From positions 1-64,000 of the IMG/VR virus record IMGVR_UViG_3300035086_000100: DNA of 64,000 bases, one strand, 5' to 3'. Under the pieces are notes generated by a model. That model had not been told where the DNA came from, made no database searches, and worked only from the letters and a program-made list of their open reading frames with translations. Below, in pieces: positions 18,536-28,437 of the stretch. The translations under genes were made by a program, and so were the position numbers. The stretch comes from a virus. Each line of letters opens with the position of its first letter. Position 1 is the first letter of the stretch.

Positions 18536-19247
18536 ATGAAAACTGCCCTGCCGGTCTCGTCGCCTGAGATCGAGGCCCTGCTGAGACGGCTGCCTAAAGG
18601 GCCGGCGGAACTGTTCGAGCGCTACCGGTACCGCGATCCTTCGAGGGTCTGCGATGAGCGGATGGCGGAACTGAGGGTCATCGACCTTGACTTGTGCGCG
18701 GCCTGCAAGGCAGACGGGTGGCCGTGCCCGCAGCACCGTGCCCCCGGATGCCCGAGATGGCCGTGCAGGGAGCACCGGCCGGACGGGGCGGACATGGAAC
18801 TAGCGGGATGAGCGGGCCGCGGACTGGCCGCAGGTGGCTGCTCGGCGCGGCGCTCGGCGCATGCCTTCCCGCCGGCGCGGTTCTCGCTCAGGTGATCGCT
18901 GGCCGGGTTTTCTTCGGATGGGCGCTGCTCGCCGTGGCAGCCGCCGAGTTCGCGGGCTGCGCCTTCGGTACCGGCTGCCTCGCCAGGTACCTCACGATCC
19001 GGTCCTGCCGTCAGGAGATCAGGCTGCTCCGCTCGGGCTCGCTGCCTGAGGATGAGGTCCAGTGAGCGCCGTCGACCTGGAGCCGTCCGAAGCGCGGTAC
19101 CTCTCGGTTCTGCTGGCCAGGGACATCTGCGACGACGAAGAGCGCGAGGTAGCGGAAACTCCCACCGCGAGGCGGCACCGGCTGATCTGGGTGAAACTTC
19201 AGCCTGCCTGCCAGTGGGACGAAGCCGACTCGATTACGCCGCCTTAG
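18536..19247 (+). other. Island of three small overlapping genes (18536-18811 Cys/His-rich, 18808-19065 membrane, 19062-19247)
   Basis: Start/stop overlaps (ATGA, GTGA). Confidence 0.55.
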
Positions 19248-20025
19248 CCGCAGCCTTCGCGTGCATCGCCGCCGCCCGTTTCGCCAGCGCCAGCGCCTGC
19301 CCGTGGCCCATGCCCTTGCCCCGCAGCTTCTTGTACACCTTCGCGCACTCCGGGCTCATTCCCGGGGCTTTCCCGTCGCCCGTCGTGGTCACTTTCGGGC
19401 CGTCCGAGGAGGTCACCGAGGGGACAGAGGCGAGATCCACGCCGGCATGATCGCCCGCATAGCCCTTCACCGCCGCGATGCCCGAACCGCCCGACTGGGC
19501 CGCGTCGCGCATCTTCGCGTTCTTCTGCGCCGCCTGCTGGTTGTGGTAGCGGATCAGCCCCGCCAGCGCTCCCTGCTGCGAGCCTGACGCCGGGGTCTGC
19601 TTGCCGTCGCTGTGGGTCGCCCCGTAGCCGGTGCCCTTCGGCGTAATCGTGCCCACCTTCATGCCGCTGGACTTGTGCATGACGCTGATCACGCCCGGCG
19701 CGGTACGGCCCATCTGCACGTCTGCGGCGCCCCGTATGACCGGCATCCTGGAACTGGCCAAGTCGATCGCCCCTGTTTCGTTTGCGCCCTCGAATGGCCA
19801 CGTGCCCTTGACGCCCGGCTCGTTCACCGCGTTCAGTTCCCTCGCCCGCCTGATGATCAGCGCCTTCAGCGCGGGACGTTTCGACGGGTCCAGCCTGCCT
19901 ACCGACCGGATGGCTTTCTTCAGGTACGCAACGTCCGGTATCGGTGCCTCGCCGCCCGGGAGCGCCTTTCCGGCCGCCGCGAGTTTCCTGCGCCCTTCCG
20001 CCCGTTCGGGTGCCGGCGTTTTCAA
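19234..20025 (-). CDS. Head-region accessory protein (DUF6582-like N-terminus)
   Basis: RRKLAAAGKALPGG..PIPDVAYLKKAIRSVGR..IIRRAREL. Confidence 0.6.
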   Translation of the reverse strand: MKTPAPERAEGRRKLAAAGKALPGGEAPIPDVAYLKKAIRSVGRLDPSKRPALKALIIRRARELNAVNEPGVKGTWPFEGANETGAIDLASSRMPVIRGAADVQMGRTAPGVISVMHKSSGMKVGTITPKGTGYGATHSDGKQTPASGSQQGALAGLIRYHNQQAAQKNAKMRDAAQSGGSGIAAVKGYAGDHAGVDLASVPSVTSSDGPKVTTTGDGKAPGMSPECAKVYKKLRGKGMGHGQALALAKRAAAMHAKAAAKAA

Positions 20026-20061
20026 GTCGCGCCCCCGTCCCCGTTACTACCGTGATCATCC

Positions 20062-20340
20062 ATGTGGTTCGGGAGACGGCTGAGGATGAGGGTGTCGTAC
20101 ACGGCCCGATGGGCGACCGGGACGGGAACCGAGCCGCGAGGGGTGCGGATCCGCCACGGCGACGGCACTATCTCGGAATGCGTGCTGGTCCGCGAGCCGG
20201 GCCGCAGGCGGATCGCCCGGTGGATGGCGGTACCGCCGGACGGAACGGTCTTCGACCCGGCGGCTGACTCGCTTCAGGTTGACCTGCTGCCCGCCCGTAC
20301 CTCGGTCATGGTGCCGCTGGCGGTGTACCGGCGGTACTAG
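20062..20340 (+). CDS. Hypothetical protein (island gene)
   Basis: TACCGT box upstream; start may be 20086. Confidence 0.5.
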   Translation: MWFGRRLRMRVSYTARWATGTGTEPRGVRIRHGDGTISECVLVREPGRRRIARWMAVPPDGTVFDPAADSLQVDLLPARTSVMVPLAVYRRY

Positions 20341-20350
20341 CGCTGGCCGG

Positions 20351-21238
20351 TCACTGGTGCGCCGCCTGGGCGTCCAGCCGGTTCGCTGCCTTAGACAGCA
20401 TCCGGGCGTCATTCTTGAGCAGCTTGATCTGCCCGTTCAGCTTCGCGACCCTCGACTGCTGAGGCTTTCCTGACTTCATGGCCGCCGCGATCCTCGCCGC
20501 AACCCTGGCCTGCTTGGACTTGCCGCCCGCCTTGCGGGTCGCTGCCGCTTTCTTCGCCGCCGCCGACTTGACGCCCGACACGGCCTTGCGCGGCTGGGGG
20601 ATGCCTGCTATCAGCGCGTCCCGCTGCCGTGTCAGTGCCGCTACCCGCAGCATGATCTGGTGCGCGAGATGCCGGTCTTGCGAGGCTTGGTAGCGGAGCT
20701 GCTGTGCCCGCGTCATCGGACCCGCCAGCCCCGGTGCGGCAGGGATAGCGGCGGACTTCGGCGTGTTCCGTGCCCGTGCCGCCGCTGCCGGCTGGCCGCC
20801 CTTGTTGCCGAACTTCCCGCCCGCTGCCCGGGGGTGAAGGGCCTCGGTGTACATGCCGGCCAGGTCGACCGAGGGGCCGTCGTTCGCGTGGCTGTGCGCG
20901 GCAGCCTTCAGGCTCTCCCACTCGGCAATTGCCTCAGCCGCTGCCGCCCGTACTTCCGGATGCACTTTCCCGCCGCCGCGAGCCCACCGCTTCACGACGC
21001 CGATCGCCATCTGGATCGCCGACGACTCGTCCTTGGCCCGGCCGGTTCGCAGCAGCGCGTGCGCGATGTTCTGCACGTACGCCGGAAGTTGCGCGCCTTT
21101 CATCCGGAACAGGCCCGGCCCTGAGGGGGACCCGAACGGGTGATGGACCGTGGACACGACCGGCGTCTCGGCGGACAGGGCGATTTCGCTGCCTGCGAAC
21201 GGGTGCCACGCTGCGGCTACCGGGTCCTCGACCGTCAC
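20351..21238 (-). CDS. Head-region accessory protein with HPR motif and basic C-terminus
   Basis: LPAYVQNIAHAL..AIGVVKRWA; EALHPRAAGGKFG. Confidence 0.65.
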   Translation of the reverse strand: MTVEDPVAAAWHPFAGSEIALSAETPVVSTVHHPFGSPSGPGLFRMKGAQLPAYVQNIAHALLRTGRAKDESSAIQMAIGVVKRWARGGGKVHPEVRAAAAEAIAEWESLKAAAHSHANDGPSVDLAGMYTEALHPRAAGGKFGNKGGQPAAAARARNTPKSAAIPAAPGLAGPMTRAQQLRYQASQDRHLAHQIMLRVAALTRQRDALIAGIPQPRKAVSGVKSAAAKKAAATRKAGGKSKQARVAARIAAAMKSGKPQQSRVAKLNGQIKLLKNDARMLSKAANRLDAQAAHQ

Positions 21239-21256
21239 GGCAGCTCCCCTAAACTG

Positions 21257-21285
21257 TTGACTCTGTCACCTTGACAGGGTAAACT
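21257..21285 (+). promoter_or_regulatory. Promoter with palindromic operator in the spacer
   Basis: TTGACT-17 bp-TAAACT; CTGTCA-N3-TGACAG at 21263-21277. Confidence 0.75.
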
Positions 21286-21327
21286 AAAGATGTAAGGAGA
21301 GAGGCTCCTTGCGGGGGGAGGAAATCC

Positions 21328-21549
21328 ATGAAGGCCGAGACCTACCGGGGCGTGAAGCTCAAGGTCAAGAAAGGCCGCGACTGGGGCTATCTGGCTCACT
21401 TCGTCAACGGCGTGCCGTGGGGCGAATGGATCGGCACCGACGAGGCGAAGGCTCTCGCGGGGATGCACGGCTACGTGGATGACGCAATAGCGCGCCCGGA
21501 TGCATATGCGGACTACTGGCAGCCAGGATTCAAGAAGGAGCAGTCATGA
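21328..21549 (+). CDS. Hypothetical protein
   Basis: RBS GGAGG, first gene of the island. Confidence 0.65.
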   Translation: MKAETYRGVKLKVKKGRDWGYLAHFVNGVPWGEWIGTDEAKALAGMHGYVDDAIARPDAYADYWQPGFKKEQS

Positions 21550-23132
21550 TCACCATCACCCACACTCACCAGGACGGAACGCTGGTCGACGGCACCGACA
21601 AGGGCGACGGTTCGGCCGCCATCCTGAAAGCGTGCCGGTTCCGCTGGTTCCCGTCGATCAAGGTCTGGGGCATCGCCCAGTCACGGGACCATCTGGCCAA
21701 GCGCTGGCAGATCGAGGATGCCGCGAAGCAGTTGCGCGCGGCCGGCTTCGAGGTGACCGTCGAGATCGACGACACCCCGCGCGAGGTTGTGCAGGTCAAG
21801 GCCGACCGCGCCGAGCGACTGGATGACCGGTACGACAGGCTGACCGCGAAAGCTGAGCGCGGCTCGGCTGAGGCCGAGCGCCGGTTCGCGACCGCCGACC
21901 ATTACTCCGAGCGGTTCGCCGGCGGCCAGCCGATCCTGGTAGGCCACCACTCCGAGCGCGGCGCGAGGGTCGCGCAGAAGCGCATCGACCAGAACATGCG
22001 GGCCGGCTGCGAGGCCGTCCGCGACGCCGAGCGCGCCGCGCAGGCCGCCTCGGTGGTCGGTGCCGCCGACGCCTACCGCGAGCGCCCCGCCGTGATCATC
22101 CGGCGGATCGCCAAGACCGAGGCCGACCTGCGGAAAGTCGGGCACGACATCAACGGCACGAGGCCCGCAAACGACTGGCGCGGCGCTTACGCCCCCGAGT
22201 TGGGGCACAAGCCGGCCAGCGGCGCGTGGCTGGAGCAGTGCGAGGCCCGCAAGACGTTCCTTGAGCACCAGCTAGCCGCCGACAAGGCAGCACTGGCCGA
22301 GCACGAGGCAAACGGCTACGTCATCCACTCGCGGGAGACGATCCACAAGGGCGACTTCATCGCCTACTGGGGCAGCAGGCGCAGCGAGGTAGTGCGCGTG
22401 AACGCCAAGACGGTCAGCCTGAAGACTCAGTACACGTGGACTGACAAGGTCTCGTACGAGGAGATCAAGGCGATCGAGTGCCCGCACGAGGGCACCGTCA
22501 CCAAGGCCGCGCCGGCCAAGCCGCTGCCGAAGCGCGGGAAGCCAGCCGTGACCGTGCCTGAGGTGCCCGCCGAGCGCCCGGAGCCGCTGCTCATCGACGC
22601 GCGGCGCGAGTTCTTCCCCACCCCTGACGCCGTTGTCCAGCGCATGATCCGGATGGCGGGCTACCCGGGCGAAGGCATGACGGTACTCGAACCGTCCGCC
22701 GGGCTCGGTGCCATCGCGCGGCCTGTCGCCGCACTGGGCGCATCGGTTGACTGCATCGAGATCGACCGTCAGCTAGCCGACCGGATGCGCACGGCAGGAT
22801 TCGAGGTCCGGTGCGGTGACTTCCTCGAAACCGAGCCCGTGCCCGCATACGACCGGGTGATCATGAACCCGCCGTTCGCGCACGGCGTCGACGCGAAGCA
22901 CGTCCTGCATGCGCTGAAGTTCCTGCGCCCCGGCGGCCTGCTCGTCTCGGTCATGGCCGGCAGCATCCCGAGCCGGTCAGGCAAGGACGCGGACCGCATC
23001 AGGGAACTGGCCGGCACCGAAGGCGGCCTGATCGAGTTGCTGCCCGGCGGGTCGTTCACCGAATCCGGCACCGCCGTGTCCGCCGTGATCGTCGTCATCC
23101 CGGTCCCGGCCGTGCAGGCGAGCGCGGCATGA
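21546..23132 (+). CDS. DUF3560 domain fused to an N6-adenine-type methyltransferase
   Basis: GQPILVGHHSER; FFPTP, VLEPSAGLG, IMNPPF. Confidence 0.85.
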   Translation: MITITHTHQDGTLVDGTDKGDGSAAILKACRFRWFPSIKVWGIAQSRDHLAKRWQIEDAAKQLRAAGFEVTVEIDDTPREVVQVKADRAERLDDRYDRLTAKAERGSAEAERRFATADHYSERFAGGQPILVGHHSERGARVAQKRIDQNMRAGCEAVRDAERAAQAASVVGAADAYRERPAVIIRRIAKTEADLRKVGHDINGTRPANDWRGAYAPELGHKPASGAWLEQCEARKTFLEHQLAADKAALAEHEANGYVIHSRETIHKGDFIAYWGSRRSEVVRVNAKTVSLKTQYTWTDKVSYEEIKAIECPHEGTVTKAAPAKPLPKRGKPAVTVPEVPAERPEPLLIDARREFFPTPDAVVQRMIRMAGYPGEGMTVLEPSAGLGAIARPVAALGASVDCIEIDRQLADRMRTAGFEVRCGDFLETEPVPAYDRVIMNPPFAHGVDAKHVLHALKFLRPGGLLVSVMAGSIPSRSGKDADRIRELAGTEGGLIELLPGGSFTESGTAVSAVIVVIPVPAVQASAA

Positions 23133-23341
23133 CCGGGTGGAAGCGCGCCCTGTGCGGCCTGACCGAGATAGCGCAGATGGCGGGAGTGTCCAAGCAGCGA
23201 GCGGGGGTGATCATGGATCACCCGGACGCGCCCGAGCCGCTCGACGAACTGGCGCAGGGACGCGTCTGGTCCTGTGCTGCCGTGGAGAAGTTCCTCAGCG
23301 AGCCGAGGCGGAGGGTCACGCGGGAGGAACGTCAGGCATGA
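23129..23341 (+). CDS. AlpA-like HTH regulator
   Basis: GLTEIAQMAGVSKQRA..PEP..L..GRVW. Confidence 0.75.
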   Translation: MTGWKRALCGLTEIAQMAGVSKQRAGVIMDHPDAPEPLDELAQGRVWSCAAVEKFLSEPRRRVTREERQA

Positions 23342-23516
23342 GCGCGTGATCGAACGGGACCTCTGTCACCTGGCCGTCCGGGATCGCCCTGATCTCGGCG
23401 GCCATCTTCACGTACAGCCGCACGTTCCTGGCCGTTCTCGGCACGCCGGCGTCACGGAAATCCCTGCCCGCCGCCGCCGCCATCAGCATCTTGTGCGCAG
23501 CCTCGCCGCGTTCCAT
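23316..23516 (-). CDS. 66-aa protein, candidate immunity protein for the zeta domain
   Basis: TGATG coupling to the zeta-domain gene. Confidence 0.5.
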   Translation of the reverse strand: MERGEAAHKMLMAAAAGRDFRDAGVPRTARNVRLYVKMAAEIRAIPDGQVTEVPFDHALMPDVPPA

Positions 23517-24790
23517 CACGTGAACCTCTCGTGTTCCTTCGCCAGGAACCTTGCCCACGCCTTCTTGTCCTGCACCGACCAGTCGCCGCCCGCCGGCTTG
23601 GAGCCGATGAGGTGGATGGACCGGTCGGGCCGGTCGTTGTTGTCCCACAGTTCCGCCGAGTCGAACAGCCCGTTCTTCACTGCCTGCCGGAACGCCCCCG
23701 TCACCGACGCGTGGGTTTCGCGCAGGTAGGTAAGCGGCACGACGCGGCCGGTTTTCGCCGCCCGCTGGTCGGCCCTGCCCGCCGCCGTGGCCGTGTCGGC
23801 CGTCACGTACTGGCCGTGCACCCGGTAGCCGGCCGCCTTCGCCTCCGCTGCCTTCCCCGCGAGCTTCGGGTAACTGGAATCCCCGGTCCCGTCGAGAGTA
23901 AAGTCCCGTTTCCCGGCGACCGCGCGGGACATGATCTTCTTCGCCAGCGCCGACGATTCCTCGTGCACGAAAGCGGCAGCGCCCTTATCGCCTGCCGCGA
24001 CGCCCGTCTGGTATTCGGGAAGCTGCGCCTTGATCGCGTCCGGGTCGATGACCACGCCGCTTACCGGGCTCTGCTTCAGCATCGCCGACTTGCCCGACGC
24101 CGGGCCGCCGCCCATGAACGTCGCCACCGGGTCATGCGACGGCGAGGTCCCCGCCAGCGCCCTGCCGATGATTTTCTCGTGCAGCGCGGCACGCTCCGGG
24201 GTGAGCTGGCCGTCGCGGGTGTGCTGCTCAAGGCTGTCCGCGAACGTCCCGCCGCCCTTGGCGAACTTGCCGTGGAAGCCGCGCGGGTGCAGCGCCTCAT
24301 CCCAGGCCAGTCCGATCGCTGTCCCTTCGCCGGCCAGGTTCTTCGCCGCCGCCTGCCTCTTGTGCACCGCATCCCACGGACCCGACGCCGTTTTCGCTGT
24401 CCCCACCCATGCCGTGACCGGCCGTCCCAGGGCGATGCTCGCGAGTGACCGGCTGTGGCCATCTACGAGGCGCAGGAGGTTCGTGCCCGGACGCCTCACC
24501 GCGACTACCGGCTTCCGTGCCCCCGAGCGGAGCGACGAGACCATGGAGGCGATCTTCCGCTTGTCCGCTGCCGCGAGTTTCCAGTTCGGGTCGGAGCGGT
24601 CAAGCTGGCGGGTGGGCACCTGAACCGGGCCTTTCGTCCATGCCAGGTCATCGACCCAGGCCAGGGCACCGGGCGGGTAATCGCGGGCCAGTTGCAGCTT
24701 GACCTCTTCGGCCGTCGTCAGCTTCCGTGGCGTAGCGAGGGGCGCATGCGGATCCGAAACGGGTGATGCCGACGCTTGCGGAGCGGACAT
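23516..24790 (-). CDS. ParB-like domain, HPR motif and zeta-toxin-family P-loop kinase fusion
   Basis: PVV..LVDGHSR; WDEALHPRGFHGKF; GGGPASGKS, IDPDAIK..LPEY, VHEESS, LDGT. Confidence 0.85.
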   Translation of the reverse strand: MSAPQASASPVSDPHAPLATPRKLTTAEEVKLQLARDYPPGALAWVDDLAWTKGPVQVPTRQLDRSDPNWKLAAADKRKIASMVSSLRSGARKPVVAVRRPGTNLLRLVDGHSRSLASIALGRPVTAWVGTAKTASGPWDAVHKRQAAAKNLAGEGTAIGLAWDEALHPRGFHGKFAKGGGTFADSLEQHTRDGQLTPERAALHEKIIGRALAGTSPSHDPVATFMGGGPASGKSAMLKQSPVSGVVIDPDAIKAQLPEYQTGVAAGDKGAAAFVHEESSALAKKIMSRAVAGKRDFTLDGTGDSSYPKLAGKAAEAKAAGYRVHGQYVTADTATAAGRADQRAAKTGRVVPLTYLRETHASVTGAFRQAVKNGLFDSAELWDNNDRPDRSIHLIGSKPAGGDWSVQDKKAWARFLAKEHERFT

Positions 24791-24858
24791 TGCCTGCTCA
24801 CCGGCCGTTCCCCGTTACCGTGGTTGACCGGCAAGAACGCACCGAGGGGAGAGCGGAG

Positions 24859-25593
24859 TTGGCCGACTACGCCGAGTCCATCTGGGTTGAGTCAACCAGG
24901 GGACCGGACGATGAGCCCGCGTGCCTGATCCGGTGGGGGATGCTGGAATATTACGCGCCGGTAGCCGACGTGCGGGAAACGGCGGTCGACCTGTTCACGT
25001 GCGCGGCGTACTCGGAACTGATGATGACACTGCTCGTGAAACTGGATCTCCCGCCGCACGTGGTGTCCCAGATGACCACGGAACTGCTCGATGACCGGGA
25101 GAAACGGTACTTCGGGGCACTGACCACGATCACGCTGATACCCGCAGGATCATCGAAGCGCAAGGAGCCCCTGGTGCTGCTGAAACGCGGGTCGATGAAA
25201 GGCTCGGTGAGCCCGGATGAGGCACGGGCAATGGCGCTGCGGTGGCTCGAAGCAGCGGAGGCCACCGAATCGGATCAGCTGGTGAGCGAGGCCCTGCGGG
25301 CGACCGGGTTTGATGACGCGGCGCAGGAGAAGGTTTTCGGCTACCTGCGGGAACTGCGGAAAGCGTAGGGCGGCATGGCGGACGACAGCACTCACTACCG
25401 GGTGTCACTGGGCTGCGGCTGCAGCTTCAATGAGCACCGGCCGGCGCGGGTAGTCGCGCCCGTCGACGGCGAGATGCGCGCTTGCGGCCATCCCGAGCAC
25501 TATCCGGCGCAGTTCCCTGCGACATACCGGCGGCTCACCGAGGCGGAGTTCTGGCAGCCTAGGGAAGTACCGGAGCGCCCCGAAACGGCCTGA
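24859..25593 (+). other. Island of two hypothetical genes (24859-25368, 25375-25593)
   Basis: Adjacent ORFs with RBS-like sequence; opposite to the head genes. Confidence 0.55.
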
Positions 25594-26230
25594 CCGGAAT
25601 GCAGCGGCAGGAATTGTGAACTGTCCCCGGATACGACGGGTGGCCTTCGATGACCGGAGGATGGTCGGCCCGGAAGTTCCGCCCGCTGGCTCTTGAGCAC
25701 CCCGGCGAGCATCTCCGGTCCTTGACGGCCAGCCAACCGAGCAGATTCCCGTGTTCCGCTGCCATGCCGTCCACCCGGGACGCTGCCGTGACTCTCTGCT
25801 GGCAGGCCGTGACATGCATGGCGAGGTAACGGCGTTCTGTGCCGATCGCGTCCAGGACAGCGGCTCTCACCGGCTCGCGGCGGGACCGGGCATCAGTCAC
25901 GGCGGCCTGTACCCGCCTGCACGCGGCCAGGAAGAACGCAGCGCGGCGATGCAGGTTGGTCCTGACCGCCCACCGGGTAGCAGGTCCCGTGCCTTCCAGC
26001 ACGTCCTGAGGCCACGACATGACCAATTCCGCGCACGCCGCCAGGGCAAGGTAGCCGACCCCGGCCGCAGAGAGAAGCCTGCGGAGAGCGGACATGACCG
26101 CTACGGCGGTGAGCGCTGTCCCGAGCGCGGCGATGACCGCGGCGATCAGGACGGCATCGGACGGTGCCGCTGGGGGGTTCTGCTGCGGTTGCGCCGAAGG
26201 GTTAGCCGGTGCTAGCGCCGTGGCGGCCAC
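25559..26230 (-). CDS. Minor head protein (MuF-like)
   Basis: LGW..DRRCSPGC..PGTVHNSCRC C-terminal motif; near portal. Confidence 0.75.
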   Translation of the reverse strand: MAATALAPANPSAQPQQNPPAAPSDAVLIAAVIAALGTALTAVAVMSALRRLLSAAGVGYLALAACAELVMSWPQDVLEGTGPATRWAVRTNLHRRAAFFLAACRRVQAAVTDARSRREPVRAAVLDAIGTERRYLAMHVTACQQRVTAASRVDGMAAEHGNLLGWLAVKDRRCSPGCSRASGRNFRADHPPVIEGHPSYPGTVHNSCRCIPVRPFRGAPVLP

Positions 26231-26262
26231 GTCGCACCGCCTGCCTGCCCTACGCTGCCCCG

Positions 26263-26529
26263 ATGGACCACCTGATACGTTCCGAGGGCGCTCCGGTCGA
26301 CCGGCTCACGCGCCTGTGCGACGCCATGATCGAGGCACTGAAAGCCTGCCCGGAGTACCGGGAAGGCGACAAGGTCATCATCATGGCCGACGACGGCGAG
26401 CGGGGCGGCAACATCCTGCACGGCTACGCCAAAGCCGAGGACGCGCTGACTGACGTGCTGCTCCACACGAAAGCGATCTTCGAGGCGCACGGCCGGAAAC
26501 TCACGCTCAGGCCGACCCGGGCCAGCTTA
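26263..26529 (+). CDS. Hypothetical island gene; no stop codon until 27438, in-frame TTA at 26527
   Basis: TACGCT -10 box 6 nt before ATG; protein-like sequence for 88 codons, then antisense shadow. Confidence 0.5.
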
Positions 26530-26883
26530 CGGCTTGGTCCCGTACGCGGCCGGGACATGCCCGTTGCCGCCCGGCACGCCGTCCCGCAGGATCTGGGCGA
26601 ACTGGTCCCGCAGCGCCTTCACCGACTCCCTCACCGCCCGCGACACGTCAGCGTCGCTCACGGTGTTGCCCGCGAACTTCGACGTTGCGCCGAGGTCAGG
26701 CTGTCCCAGCAGCGGGGACCGGCACGCAATCAGCAGTATCCACACGATCACGTCCTGCCCGGTCTGGGCCTGAACCGCTCCCATCGACACCGAGTAGCCG
26801 AACTCCTCAGCGGGGGCGCATTCCCGGATCGCCTCAGACGCTGCTGTCCTGATGCGCTCCGCGATGTCGTACGGCTCTGCCAC
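26527..26883 (-). CDS. Hypothetical protein after portal
   Basis: 118-aa ORF abutting the portal stop. Confidence 0.6.
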   Translation of the reverse strand: MAEPYDIAERIRTAASEAIRECAPAEEFGYSVSMGAVQAQTGQDVIVWILLIACRSPLLGQPDLGATSKFAGNTVSDADVSRAVRESVKALRDQFAQILRDGVPGGNGHVPAAYGTKP

Positions 26884-26886
26884 CCG

Positions 26887-28407
26887 CTACCCCTTGGTTC
26901 CGAAGTTCGGCACGCTGAACGGCTGCGCCATGTCCTCGGGAAGCGGGGCCGCGTTCGACTCCTTCAGCGCCTTCTGCGCGATCTTGTGCGCCGCATCGAC
27001 CCCGCCCGCCAGCGAGCCGAGCTGGGCGGCTGCCTGCGGCGGCATTCCCGGTGCCGCTGCCGGGGCCTGTGCCGCCCGGTCCTTCGCCGCCTGCTGGATG
27101 ATCTGCTCCACCGCGGAAACGTCGAGGTTCAGGAACGTGGCCAATCTAGTGGTGATGATGTCCAGGATCCCTGCGGGCACCTGAAGTGCGGGGGCTACGG
27201 ACATTGCCTGGAACAGGCCCACGAGTGCGGTGTCGCTCTCGTCGGTGAGCGCGCCGAATTTGAACGTGGGATAGGCGGCGTCGGGGCCGAAATTCAATGT
27301 CACCAGAGGAGCGAGTACGTCGTGCGTGATGGCGGCTTCCATCTCGGCGGTGACGGCCTGGCGGGACTTGAGGAAGAACGCGGACTGGTCCTGGGACAGG
27401 GCGAGGGAGCCGCGGCCGAGGCTAGCCAGGGACGCTAGGCCCGTGAAGCCCGCGAGGACTGAGGAGACCTGCCATGTTTCGAGGAAGGACAGGGCCTCGC
27501 TGAACTGCCCGGCACCCTTGCCCGCCGACTCCAAGATCTCGAACTGCTTAGCACCCTGGGGCGGGCGCTCGAATCCGACCACGCCCGATGCGCGCATGGA
27601 CGCGATGTCGTCCGCGTGCGCGTTGGCCTCTCTCGCCGACTGGCCGTAGACCAGGACTTTCGGTAGGCTCTGCTGTTCAATGTACTGATACCAGAGGAAA
27701 ATGAGCTTTAGCTTGGTTTGGTAGCACCAGTAACAAATGTCCAGTTCCGATGTGCCGGTGAGCGGCTGGCGGTGCTTCCCGTTGACGTAGACAAACGAGC
27801 GGATAGCGGGAATATCGACGTAACCGGGCGTAGATCCCTGCGCCCGCGTCCGGGATTCGCCGCCGACGAGCCACTGCCGCTGCCTGAACCCGTCGAACGC
27901 GCCGGTCCGGGCGTCCCGCCTGAGTTCGCAGGTCGACACCGGCCGCCACGCCAGTTTCTCGTAAATGATCTTGCCGTCCGAGTCGCGCTGAGCGAAAACC
28001 TTCTCGTGGAAGCTCTGGCGGTACGTCTGCGCGCTCGTGACCTGGCCGATCACGTCCTGCAGCGGCGTCTTCATCCCGCCGGCGGTGTGCGGCTCCATCA
28101 GCACGGAGCGGCAGAATTCAGCCTCGCCCTTGTCGCCCTTGGTCTTCTCGATCGCGCGGCTTGCCTGGCGGATCGGCAGGGTCAGGACGGCTTCGAGGGC
28201 AGCGGCCTGGCCGTCGCGGGTGAGCATGACCCCGACATCTCGGGCATCCCACGTGCCGTAGTCGAATACCTCGCCTTTGCCGTAAAAGGCATACATACGG
28301 TCAGAGCTATCGAAACTGGTTCCGAGTTCCCCGCGCATGAGCTGGCTGCGGGTAGACGGCTTCAGGTCCGGGAACGCGACGATCTTCGCGTTCTGGGAAC
28401 CGGCCAC
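26887..28407 (-). CDS. Portal protein (Mu gp29/DUF935-like)
   Basis: 506 aa after terminase; LAPLVTLNFG..YPTFKF. Confidence 0.85.
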   Translation of the reverse strand: MAGSQNAKIVAFPDLKPSTRSQLMRGELGTSFDSSDRMYAFYGKGEVFDYGTWDARDVGVMLTRDGQAAALEAVLTLPIRQASRAIEKTKGDKGEAEFCRSVLMEPHTAGGMKTPLQDVIGQVTSAQTYRQSFHEKVFAQRDSDGKIIYEKLAWRPVSTCELRRDARTGAFDGFRQRQWLVGGESRTRAQGSTPGYVDIPAIRSFVYVNGKHRQPLTGTSELDICYWCYQTKLKLIFLWYQYIEQQSLPKVLVYGQSAREANAHADDIASMRASGVVGFERPPQGAKQFEILESAGKGAGQFSEALSFLETWQVSSVLAGFTGLASLASLGRGSLALSQDQSAFFLKSRQAVTAEMEAAITHDVLAPLVTLNFGPDAAYPTFKFGALTDESDTALVGLFQAMSVAPALQVPAGILDIITTRLATFLNLDVSAVEQIIQQAAKDRAAQAPAAAPGMPPQAAAQLGSLAGGVDAAHKIAQKALKESNAAPLPEDMAQPFSVPNFGTKG

Positions 28408-28437
28408 GGGAGGACTCCTCCCGGCTACGCTCTGCCC

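Noticed and set aside
26530-27438. C-terminal ~300 aa of the 409-aa plus-strand ORF
   Set aside because: In register with the antisense genes including portal; not protein-like
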